From Desulfobacterales bacterium (GTDB lineage Bacteria > Desulfobacterota > Desulfobacteria > Desulfobacterales > SG8-13), in contig JBAPSB010000371.1 of assembly GCA_049281435.1 (NCBI GenBank), forward strand, positions 1-58,908: a stretch of 58,908 nt of DNA, written 5' to 3'. The position numbers and the translations under genes were made by a program. The notes below the pieces were generated by a model. The model ran no database searches. It was not told the DNA's origin and saw only the letters and a list, made by a program, of their open reading frames with translations. Shown here piece after piece: positions 48,552 to 57,100 of this stretch (position 1 is the first letter of the stretch; each line of letters opens with the position of its first letter).

Positions 48552-49589
48552 CTAGCCGCCGATCCACACCTTGAAGCGCAGGTGCCAGAACAGTGGTGGC
48601 AGCAGCGTGAAAGAAAGAAAGAGCAGGAGCGCCACGAGGATGCGGCCGGCGGCGCGGCGGCTGCGGTCTGAAGCCGCCGGCCGCAGCCGTGGATCTCTTT
48701 TCACCGCCAGCGGCAGTAAATAGCCTGTCAGACTCTCGAAGGCGATGACCGCCAGGGCGCCGAACAGGGGCAGGCCGGTCATGCGGTGTTGAAGCAGGAA
48801 AAGACACCATGGGCAGCGGTGTTGCAGAACGCCATAATGGTAGGCGGCGAGAATATTTGTCAGGGTGACGGCGGCCACCGGGACCCAGACGGTGGCGGTG
48901 ACTGCCAGAAAACCGGTGTGGGGCGAGGCGGCGGCGGGTGCCGTTCGACGCACCCGCACCGCCAGACCGAAAAGCAGAAGACTCAGAGCAAAACAGGACG
49001 TCAGCCAGAAGCCATCGGCAAGCCCGGAGAAGCTATTGGCTTCGCTCAGCGTGCGGTATTGGTCATACACCACCGCACAGCAGTCCACGGGCCGGTGCGT
49101 ATCCACTGCTAAGGCGGCACTCACGCTGCGGGTGCAGGCCAATGCGGCCACCGGCAGTGCCAGCAGCAGCAGGCGCGCGCCGAGCCGGGCCAACGGGAAA
49201 TCCGGCATACGGCGGCCGAGAGCCTCCGCTGCGTTCCAGAACAGCAGAATTCCCAAAAGGGCGCCGTTCAGAACGAGAAAATCGGTGCCGGCGCGCCCCA
49301 TGGCCTGCAGGACGCCGGTTCCGCACATGGCACCGGGAATCAGGGCGGGAAACACATTGGTGATTCCGAGGACCATCAGCGCGCTGGAGAAGAGAAAGGT
49401 CCCCAGAGCCCAGCGGCCCAGGATGACGGTGGCTTCGGCCTCGATTTCGAGGGCGAGCTGGGCCCGGTCGGCGGCGGACGGGTCCCAACCGGTGAGGATC
49501 CGAAAAGATTTTGCCGCAGCCGCCGCCAGCAGCAGCAGGCCGATGAGCTGGGCCGTCAGGGCGGTCAGCAGCAGCGGGTGCCAGATCAT
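48552..49589 (-). CDS. Polytopic (about 8 TM) membrane protein with conserved-looking cysteines, family not recognised
   Basis: Cys sites AMCGTG, VDCC and HRCPWC (a CxxC). ATGA overlap with the upstream ABC ATPase gene. Confidence 0.75.
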   Translation of the reverse strand: MIWHPLLLTALTAQLIGLLLLAAAAAKSFRILTGWDPSAADRAQLALEIEAEATVILGRWALGTFLFSSALMVLGITNVFPALIPGAMCGTGVLQAMGRAGTDFLVLNGALLGILLFWNAAEALGRRMPDFPLARLGARLLLLALPVAALACTRSVSAALAVDTHRPVDCCAVVYDQYRTLSEANSFSGLADGFWLTSCFALSLLLFGLAVRVRRTAPAAASPHTGFLAVTATVWVPVAAVTLTNILAAYHYGVLQHRCPWCLFLLQHRMTGLPLFGALAVIAFESLTGYLLPLAVKRDPRLRPAASDRSRRAAGRILVALLLFLSFTLLPPLFWHLRFKVWIGG

Positions 49590-50269
49590 GCCCGCGCCTC
49601 CAACCGGCCGTGAACGAGATAAAAACGGTCAGCCGGCGTCGCCGTCTCCAGCAGGCGCGGATCGTGCGCCGTGACCACCACCACCGCGCCCGCAGCCGCC
49701 GTCGCCGCCAGCGTTTCCAGGATCTCGCCGGCGCGGGTGCCATCCTGGTGGGCGGTCGGCTCGTCGGCAAAGACAAAAGAGGGCCGGGAAACCAGTGCAC
49801 GGGCGATCGCCACCCGCTGGCGTTCACCGCCGGAAAGGTTGCGGGCGGCCTCCTGGGCCAGCGGGCCGACATTCAGCCGGTCGAGTGCCGCCAGGGCGGC
49901 CTGCCGGCATTCCGCCAAATTGCCGCCCCTCGGAATAAGCGGCAACAAAACGTTTTCGACCGCGCTCAGGTCTCCCAGCAGCCGGTCGTGCTGGAAAACG
50001 ATGCCGACCCTTCGCCGCCAGCGATCCCTGAAGGAACTCACCCAGCGCGAAACGGCCGCGCCGTCGATCACGACCTCACCCTGGCTCGGTCGCAGGATGG
50101 CGGCCAGAACATGCAGCAGGGTGCTCTTCCCGGCCCCGGTCGCCCCTGATATCAAGGCCATGCGCCCGGCTTCGAAACGGGCCGACAAATCGTGGAGAAC
50201 CCTCTTTTCCCCGCCGTCCGATGCGCGGCGGGCGACCGTCAACCGGCGGCATTCGACGAGCCCCGCCAT
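49586..50269 (-). CDS. ABC transporter ATP-binding protein (MacB/LolD-like)
   Basis: Walker A GATGAGKST, signature LSGGERQR and Walker B FADEPT. The start at 50269 shares 1 nt with the permease stop. Confidence 0.9.
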   Translation of the reverse strand: MAGLVECRRLTVARRASDGGEKRVLHDLSARFEAGRMALISGATGAGKSTLLHVLAAILRPSQGEVVIDGAAVSRWVSSFRDRWRRRVGIVFQHDRLLGDLSAVENVLLPLIPRGGNLAECRQAALAALDRLNVGPLAQEAARNLSGGERQRVAIARALVSRPSFVFADEPTAHQDGTRAGEILETLAATAAAGAVVVVTAHDPRLLETATPADRFYLVHGRLEARA

Positions 50270-51417
50270 CAGAAACTCGTCCTTTCGAGCATTTCCTGTG
50301 GGTCGGCCACCGCACAGCGGAGCACCGTGCCAAGGGCGGCGGCCAGAAACGGCAGCACGACCAGGCCCGTCACCTCCAGGAAGATCAAGCCGGCATCGCC
50401 GGCAGTGAAAAAGAGGCGGGAGGCCAGGCCCTGCCATTCCGGACCCAGCCGGCCGAACCAGTTCGCCTGCGGCCAGAACACCAGCGCAACCGCCAGCAGC
50501 AAGCCGCCGGCCGCGGCCGGGATGACGACCAGAAGGGCGCGTACGGCCTGCAGGCGGACGATGTCGCCGGTGGTCCAGCCCAGCGCCTTGAGCAGGCCGA
50601 TCTCAAACCGCCGACCGAACCGGTCCCTGACGGTTACGGTCACCAGGAGGCTCAGGGCCAAAAGGGCCGGGACGAGAAGTGCGACCGCCATGGCGCTCAT
50701 TCGGGCGAGTGCCGCGGCATAGATGCCGGCGGTCTGCGTGCGGGTCGTAATCCGTACCGTCCAGGGAAAAGCGGCGGTCAGGTCGGGCAGGATCGCCGTC
50801 TCCTCGGCCGGGTTGAAAACCTCGAGCGCCAGATCGCTGGCGTAACCGGCCGGGATTTCCAGCAGTTCGCGCGCGTCGTCTATGTGAAGCCCCACGACCT
50901 TCGGCTCGGCGATATCCGCCTGTGCATCGAGGCGGCCGATCATCTTGAATGTGACCGCTTTGCGGCCGGTGAGGGTTAAAAAGGGCTGTGCGCGATCCCA
51001 CGCGACATCGGCGCCGGCCACGGCTTCGCCCCGGCGCGGCAAGGCGGAAGATGGCGGCATGGCCGGCAGGCGGGGATCGATGCCGACCACCGTCAGCGGC
51101 CCGGCGGGACCGGCGACACGGCCCCAGATCCGTGGGCGGGCGGCGACGACACCGGCGACGCTTTCGGCCAGAGCGACGGATCGGTCTCCAGGAAGGGGGG
51201 TCCAGCCCAGAGCGTCGTATTGGCGGACGACCAGGGCAGGGGCGTCTTTTAACATGCGGTCGGTGGCGGTCGTCGTGGCTTGGGCCAGCAACAGCGGGAA
51301 GGCGGCTGCGGCGATGGTCAGCAGCAGGGCGGCGATAAGCAGGACGCTCTCCAGCGGCCGGCGCTTCAGATCACGAAACGCTGCTGCCAGAAACGGCCGT
51401 AAATCCGCTGGCGTCAT
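50269..51417 (-). CDS. FtsX/MacB-type ABC transporter permease
   Basis: TM1, a large periplasmic domain, then three C-terminal TMs with FEIGLLKALGWTTGDI, which is typical of the FtsX family. ATGA overlap with the nosL-like gene. Confidence 0.85.
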   Translation of the reverse strand: MTPADLRPFLAAAFRDLKRRPLESVLLIAALLLTIAAAAFPLLLAQATTTATDRMLKDAPALVVRQYDALGWTPLPGDRSVALAESVAGVVAARPRIWGRVAGPAGPLTVVGIDPRLPAMPPSSALPRRGEAVAGADVAWDRAQPFLTLTGRKAVTFKMIGRLDAQADIAEPKVVGLHIDDARELLEIPAGYASDLALEVFNPAEETAILPDLTAAFPWTVRITTRTQTAGIYAAALARMSAMAVALLVPALLALSLLVTVTVRDRFGRRFEIGLLKALGWTTGDIVRLQAVRALLVVIPAAAGGLLLAVALVFWPQANWFGRLGPEWQGLASRLFFTAGDAGLIFLEVTGLVVLPFLAAALGTVLRCAVADPQEMLERTSF

Positions 51418-51971
51418 TGGGCGGCTTTTCGGCCGGTAATGGCAAACCACTTGTCATCAGTCAGCGCCTTCATTCGGAATACGTCCTGGCCGCCATGGCG
51501 CCGCTTAAACGCCTCCAACCCCTTTTCACCCATGACGGGAACCAGCGCCGGGCCCATGGGCCCGACGACATCGGAGCCGGCGACCCAGAAGACCTCCCGG
51601 CCGTCCACCTGTTCTCCGGTGAAATACTCCTTGACCAGCGGCGTCTGCAACCGGTCCCTGTCAACGGCCAGAAAGATCTCCGGGTGCAGCCAGGAGCGCA
51701 GCATGCAGCCCGTGCCGCAGAAGTAATAGGTGGTGCCGTCCGTCAACTGGATCGCACTGGAGAATTTGGCGTGCTCGGCCACTTTCATGCCACACACCGG
51801 GCATCGGTCCCCGGCGCTGACCTGCATGTGCCGGTTTTCGTCCAGCGGGTGGCGGCCGGGCTCAGGGCCGGCCGCCCGCGCGGCGGCGGCGCTCCAGATG
51901 ATCGTTACCGGAATTGCGGTCAGGCAAAGGGCGATGCGAAAAAGGGGAAGGGACGCCAGGCGGATGGACAT
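51414..51971 (-). CDS. nosL: NosL-family (copper-chaperone-like) secreted protein
   Basis: Signal peptide, then DRCPVCGM ... YYFCGTGC, the NosL-type motif pair. SD AAAGGAGAA. Confidence 0.75.
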   Translation of the reverse strand: MSIRLASLPLFRIALCLTAIPVTIIWSAAAARAAGPEPGRHPLDENRHMQVSAGDRCPVCGMKVAEHAKFSSAIQLTDGTTYYFCGTGCMLRSWLHPEIFLAVDRDRLQTPLVKEYFTGEQVDGREVFWVAGSDVVGPMGPALVPVMGEKGLEAFKRRHGGQDVFRMKALTDDKWFAITGRKAAQ

Positions 51972-52027
51972 TATCGTTCTCCTTTCGACAAAACAGGGAA
52001 GGCTGAAAACAGACTGTAGGGTGACCC

Positions 52028-52062
52028 GTTCAGGGTTCTGGGTTCAAGGTTCTGGGTTGACC
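52028..52062 (-). repeat. Tandem AACCCAGAACC short repeat in the nosL leader
   Basis: The plus strand reads GTTCAGGGTTCTGGGTTCAAGGTTCTGGGTTGACC, which is A/C-rich on the nosL sense strand. A REP hairpin TCCCG-TTGCAG-CGGGA follows at 52070..52085. Confidence 0.7.
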
Positions 52063-52204
52063 GGCTCAATCCCGTTGCAGCGGGACCCCCCCGAACCAAC
52101 GGATTTCCATGCTCCGGGGGTGGGACCGGCGAACCAGCAGCCATTAACACCTAAGGAAAATCACATGGACTGTCAATCGCAATTGTTTTATACCGGGCCC
52201 AGCC

Positions 52205-52888
52205 ATGGGTGATCTCGATCTGATATCGCTTTTTCTGTTGGGCCTGCTGGGCACGGGGCACTGTGTCGGGATGTGCGGGCCGCTGGTGGTGGCTTTTCCG
52301 GGGCGCACCGGCCGGTTCGCACCGCATCTCTTCTATCACCTCGGGCGGCTCGTCACCTACGGCGCGATCGGTGCGGTTATGGGCGGCGTCGGCCGGGGCC
52401 TGGCACTGGTATCCGCCGTCACGGGATCCGATCACCTGCAGCTGGTCGCGCGCCTGCAGGTCGCCATGTCGGTCCTTTCGGCCGGGTTTCTGCTGTACTT
52501 CGGTCTTTGCCAGCTCGGTTTTTTCAGGCAACCCCGCTGGATGACGATCGCGGCTCCGGAAAAGATCCCGGGCTACCGGCGCATCATCCGCCTGGCCTTC
52601 GTGAATCAAGGGGCGGCTGAAATGGTGTTTACCGGGCTCCTGATGGGGTTTTTGCCCTGCGGCCTTTCTTTCGCGGCTTTTTCCCGGGCGCTGGCGGCCG
52701 GCGGCGTTGGGCAGGGGTTTCTGCTGCTGGCGGCCTTTGGGATCGGCACGCTGCCCGGGCTCCTGCTGATCGGAACCGGAGCGACCACCCTGGCCCGCCG
52801 GTACCAGCCGCATTCCGACATCATTGCCGGGCTGCTGATGATCGCCATGGGGCTGTCTCTGGGTCTCAAAGCGCTGGCGGCCGGATAA
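52205..52888 (+). CDS. DsbD_2/TauE-like membrane protein with a GHCxGMCGP motif
   Basis: 227 aa, about 6 TM. N-terminal LLGTGHCVGMCGPLV is typical of the DsbD_2 (UreH-like) family. Confidence 0.75.
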   Translation: MGDLDLISLFLLGLLGTGHCVGMCGPLVVAFPGRTGRFAPHLFYHLGRLVTYGAIGAVMGGVGRGLALVSAVTGSDHLQLVARLQVAMSVLSAGFLLYFGLCQLGFFRQPRWMTIAAPEKIPGYRRIIRLAFVNQGAAEMVFTGLLMGFLPCGLSFAAFSRALAAGGVGQGFLLLAAFGIGTLPGLLLIGTGATTLARRYQPHSDIIAGLLMIAMGLSLGLKALAAG

Positions 52889-53074
52889 GAGGGCGTCCGG
52901 CTGGCGATGAAAAACCTGGATCTCCGCGGCCGGTTTTGATATATCGGCCGAATCCGCAGCGTTGCAACCGCCTGACCACCGAAGGGGTGTCGCATCATGG
53001 TGTCCAGCAAAAATTTCTGGGGAAGCGAACAGGACCGCCAATACCATCTCGACGAGAGGATCCGTCGTGAAAAA

Positions 53075-53815
53075 ATGGCCAATTACGGGTATCGGAAAGT
53101 GCCCGAGGATGAAAAGACAACCTGGGTGCTGCGCCATTTCAATTCGGTCGCGCGGCAGTACGATTTCATGAACACCCTGCTGAGTTTCGGTATCCATTAT
53201 CTTTGGAAGCGCACGGCCGTCGCCATGCTCGGGCTCAAAGCCGGCGAACGGGTGCTCGATGTCTGCGGCGGAACCGGCGACCTGGCCATCCTGGCCAAGC
53301 GGGCCGTGGGCGCCTGCGGGACGGTGGCGGTTTACGATATCAACCGGGCCATGATCGAGGCCGGACGCTCCAAAAAGACGAACGCTCCCATCAGAGGCCA
53401 GATTTGCTACGTCCAGGGCAATGCCGAACACCTGGCCTTTCCCGATGGGCATTTCGATGCCGTGACGGTCGGCTTCGGCATCCGCAACGTCACCCACATG
53501 GAGCAGGGTTTCAGGGAAATGCTGCGGGTGTTGAAGCCGGGCGGCCGGATGATGTGCCTGGAATTTTCCAAACCCTCTCACCCGCTTTTTCGCCGGCTCT
53601 ACGATTTTTATTCTTTTTATATCATGCCGCTGTCGGGCCAGCTGCTGGCCGGCAGCCGCCAGGCCTACACCCACCTGCCGGAATCCATCCGCCTGTTTCC
53701 ATTACCCGAGGAGTTGCAAGCCATCCTGGAGCGTATCGGCTATGTGCAGGTCTCCTGGCGGCGCCTGACCAACGGCATTGCGGTCGTTCACACCGGCCGC
53801 AAGCCGCACCCATAG
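53075..53815 (+). CDS. ubiE: Demethylmenaquinone/ubiquinone C-methyltransferase (UbiE/MenG)
   Basis: VARQYDFMN, SAM motif VLDVCGGTGD, and FGIRNV and LKPGGRMMCLEFS blocks. Start taken at MANYGYRKV. Confidence 0.9.
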   Translation: MANYGYRKVPEDEKTTWVLRHFNSVARQYDFMNTLLSFGIHYLWKRTAVAMLGLKAGERVLDVCGGTGDLAILAKRAVGACGTVAVYDINRAMIEAGRSKKTNAPIRGQICYVQGNAEHLAFPDGHFDAVTVGFGIRNVTHMEQGFREMLRVLKPGGRMMCLEFSKPSHPLFRRLYDFYSFYIMPLSGQLLAGSRQAYTHLPESIRLFPLPEELQAILERIGYVQVSWRRLTNGIAVVHTGRKPHP

Positions 53816-53897
53816 CAGACTCTTGACATCCGGCGACCGCTCCGGCCGATCGCCCGCCACGCCAGAGATCCCGCCGCTATCTATAACACCGGAACCG

Positions 53898-53926
53898 TTG
53901 ACGTTACCACCCCACTCTGATAATAT
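53898..53926 (+). promoter_or_regulatory. Candidate sigma-70 promoter (extended -10) for the 972-aa kinase gene
   Basis: TTGACG - 17 nt (ending TGA) - TAATAT, in an A+T-rich tract ~130 nt upstream of the ATG at 54058. Confidence 0.4.
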
Positions 53927-54057
53927 ATCTAATATTATCAATTTTTTATAATTATATTCATCTGCCCCTTCTTTTTGCGATACCGCTGGGGCCATTGCGG
54001 TGTGTTGCAGCAAAAGGACCCGGCGCAACCTGATTGTCAATCTCATCGGCATGATGC

Positions 54058-56976
54058 ATGGATCGAACTGAAAAGCACTCCCGATCGCTTACTAAACAAT
54101 TTATCAGAGAATATCTTTTTTTTTCTCTCATACCGGTCGCTATTTTTTTTATCTGCGTGCTGGTGGGCGTTTTTTTTGCCCAGAGGTACGTTGCCGGTCT
54201 CATCCATCAAGCCACCCGCGAACTCAATGAAGGCACCCGCAAGCAGTTCGAAGACATCGGCCAGGCGATCATCCGTGACAAGGCGCGGGAGGTTGCCAAG
54301 CAGGTCGATATTTATCTCGGGCTCAACCCCGGCATCGACATAACGAGTCTTCAGCAAAGCGATGAATTCAAAAAACTGGCCCTGCAAAAAGTCGGGCAGA
54401 CCGGCTACACCTGCCTTTATGAAGCCGCTACGGGCACCATGCGGATTCATCCCAATGCGAAGCTGATCGACCGGGAGATGCGGTTTCTGGCGGAGAAATT
54501 GCCGTCCTGGTGGGCGATTTTCGAATCTACCCGCTCCGGTGCCGAGGCGTCCGGATATTATGACTGGATCGAGCCCGACGGCCGGATCCGCCGGAAATAC
54601 ATGACCATGACACCGGTCGAAACCAAACTCGGCGGACAGACCCTGATGATAGCGGCCACTACTTACATCGATGAGTTTTCGGCTCAAATACGGGCGATGA
54701 CGGCCACATCAGGGGAGATAAGTTCGCGCTACCAGAGTTTCGTCACCCGGCAGAACCTTATAATCGGCGGCGTCATGGCGGCGATCCTGGGCCTGACCGC
54801 TATCGTGGTTTATTTTCTGGGCCGGCGGTCGGCCCGGCGGTTCATCGTTCCGATCGTGGGTCTGGCCGGCACTGCCCGGTTGTTTGGCGAAGGCAACTGG
54901 GAGGTCGGCGGCGACCCCGCGCTGCTGAGGCGAGACGACGAAACCGGCGAACTGGCCCGGGCTTTCGACCAGATGCGCCTGCAGCTCAAGCAAATTTTTC
55001 AGGAACTCGTCGGCAACCTGACCGAACTTAAGTCGACCCAGGAGGCCCTGCAGAAGAGTGAGTTCCACTATCGCAGCCTGTTTGACGGCCTGCCCGTCGG
55101 CCTTTACCGTACGACGCCGGACGGCCGGGTGCTGGATGCCAATCCGATGCTGGTGCGGATGCTCGGGTATCCCGACCGCGAAAACTTTCTCGCCCAGCGG
55201 GCAGAGGCCATGTACCTGAATTCGGAAGAGCGCGTCAAATGGAAACAAATGATCGAGAGCCAGCAGTCCGGCAAACCCTACGAATTTCAAATGCGCCGCT
55301 ATGACGGCAGCGCCATGTGGGTCGAGAATCAATCGGTGGCGGTGCGGGACGACGCGGGGCTGATCCGCCATTACGAGGGGACCCTGAAGGACATCTCCGA
55401 GCGCAAGGCGGCCGAAGCGGCCCTGCGCAAAAGCGAGAAGCAGTACCGGGAGCTGTACGAAGAGGCCAAGCGCGCGGAGGAGTTGTATCGCTCGCTGCTG
55501 CATTCCTCGGCGGATGCGATCGTCATTTACGATCTGCAGGGGATGACCCGCTACGTCAGCCCCGTTTTCACGAATATGTTCGGATGGGCCCTGGAAGAAG
55601 TTCAAGGGAAAAGAATCCCCTTTCTGCCCGATTCCGAGATGGAACCCACGCTGGCCATCATCAAGCGCCTGGTGGAGAAAGGGCTTTCCTGCCACGGATT
55701 TGAAACCCGGCGCTTCACCAAAGACGGTAAAACGATCGATGTGAGCATCAGCGCGTCACGGTTTGAAGACCATGTCGGGCAACCCGCCGGGATCCTCGTT
55801 ATTTTACGCGACATCTCCGATCGCAAAAGGCTCGAGGAACAGCTTCACCTCGTTCAGCGCATGGAGGCCATCGGCACGCTGGCCGGCGGCATCGCTCACG
55901 ACTTCAACAACCTGATGATGGGCATACTGGGCAATATTTCCCTGATGATGTGCGATCTGGATGCGGCCAGCGCCCATTACCGGAACCTGAAAAATGTCGA
56001 AATGCTGGTCCAGAGCGGCACGAAGCTGACCGGACAACTGCTGGGCTACGCCCGTAAAGGCAAATACGAGCCCAAGGCCGTCGATCTCAACCGCGTCATC
56101 CGCGAGAGCGTCGAAACCTTCGGGCGCACGCGCAAAGAGGTCACCATCGACCTGGACCTGTCACCGGAGCGAATCGTCGCCGATGTCGACCGGGCGCAGA
56201 TAGAGCAGGTGTTGTTCAATTTGTACATCAATGCCGCCGACGCGATGCCGCGCGGCGGCGAACTGCGCGTGCAAACCACCGTGGTCGACCACGGCGATTT
56301 GACCGACAAGCCGTATTCTCCCAAACCCGGGCGCTACCTGAAACTGCAGGTGACCGATTCGGGCAGCGGCATGGATCCCGAAACCCAGAAACGCATTTTC
56401 GACCCCTTTTTCACCACCAAGGAGATCGGCCGCGGGACCGGTCTGGGGCTGGCGTCGGTTTACGGTATCATCAAGTCGCACGGCGGGTACATCGATGTCG
56501 CGTCCCGGCCGGGCCGGGGGTCGACCTTTTCCATTTACCTGCGGGTGTCGGCGGACGTCCTGGTCGAGGCCGCCGAAAACAAACCGGAAGTCAAAAGGGG
56601 AAAGGGCACCGTGCTGCTGGTCGACGATGAAGAAATGGTCGCCGATATCGGCGCACGGATGATCGAGAAAATGGGCTATGATGTCATTTCCACCCGCAAG
56701 GGCGCCGAGGCCCTGGAACTGTACGCCGAGCACAAAACCCGTATCGATCTGGTGGTCCTGGATCTCATCATGCCGGGCATGGGGGGCGGCGACACCTTCG
56801 ATGGGCTGAAGAAAATCGATCCTGAGGTCAAGGTCCTGCTCTCCAGCGGATACTGCATCGACGGGCAGGCCCGGGAGATCCTGAACCGGGGCTGCCGGGG
56901 CTTCATTCAGAAGCCTTACAACCTGGAGGCATTGTCGCAGAAGATAAATGAGATTTTGAGCGCCCGTTCCGCGTGA
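54058..56976 (+). CDS. Hybrid sensor histidine kinase (periplasmic sensor - HAMP - 3 PAS - HisKA - HATPase - receiver)
   Basis: Two TMs flank a ~200-aa extracytoplasmic domain. H-box GGIAHDFNNLMMGILG, ATPase blocks DSGSGMD and GTGLGLA, and receiver VLLVDDEEMV...LVVLDLIMPGMGG. Confidence 0.9.
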   Translation: MDRTEKHSRSLTKQFIREYLFFSLIPVAIFFICVLVGVFFAQRYVAGLIHQATRELNEGTRKQFEDIGQAIIRDKAREVAKQVDIYLGLNPGIDITSLQQSDEFKKLALQKVGQTGYTCLYEAATGTMRIHPNAKLIDREMRFLAEKLPSWWAIFESTRSGAEASGYYDWIEPDGRIRRKYMTMTPVETKLGGQTLMIAATTYIDEFSAQIRAMTATSGEISSRYQSFVTRQNLIIGGVMAAILGLTAIVVYFLGRRSARRFIVPIVGLAGTARLFGEGNWEVGGDPALLRRDDETGELARAFDQMRLQLKQIFQELVGNLTELKSTQEALQKSEFHYRSLFDGLPVGLYRTTPDGRVLDANPMLVRMLGYPDRENFLAQRAEAMYLNSEERVKWKQMIESQQSGKPYEFQMRRYDGSAMWVENQSVAVRDDAGLIRHYEGTLKDISERKAAEAALRKSEKQYRELYEEAKRAEELYRSLLHSSADAIVIYDLQGMTRYVSPVFTNMFGWALEEVQGKRIPFLPDSEMEPTLAIIKRLVEKGLSCHGFETRRFTKDGKTIDVSISASRFEDHVGQPAGILVILRDISDRKRLEEQLHLVQRMEAIGTLAGGIAHDFNNLMMGILGNISLMMCDLDAASAHYRNLKNVEMLVQSGTKLTGQLLGYARKGKYEPKAVDLNRVIRESVETFGRTRKEVTIDLDLSPERIVADVDRAQIEQVLFNLYINAADAMPRGGELRVQTTVVDHGDLTDKPYSPKPGRYLKLQVTDSGSGMDPETQKRIFDPFFTTKEIGRGTGLGLASVYGIIKSHGGYIDVASRPGRGSTFSIYLRVSADVLVEAAENKPEVKRGKGTVLLVDDEEMVADIGARMIEKMGYDVISTRKGAEALELYAEHKTRIDLVVLDLIMPGMGGGDTFDGLKKIDPEVKVLLSSGYCIDGQAREILNRGCRGFIQKPYNLEALSQKINEILSARSA

Positions 56977-57100
56977 TTCCGCCCTCGTTTTACCATTTCA
57001 CCTCCCTGGATAAAAAGCTTGAAATATGGTGTTGGTAATGATTATTATCGACACCGGATTTTCAATCGACCCTGCGAAGCATCCAGCGGAAAAAATTCTC

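Noticed and set aside
52151-53674. 507-aa minus-strand ORF spanning an intergenic gap and two plus-strand genes
   Set aside because: It crosses the DsbD_2-like and ubiE genes and the non-coding DNA between them. It has low-complexity R/Q/G/P composition and no motifs.
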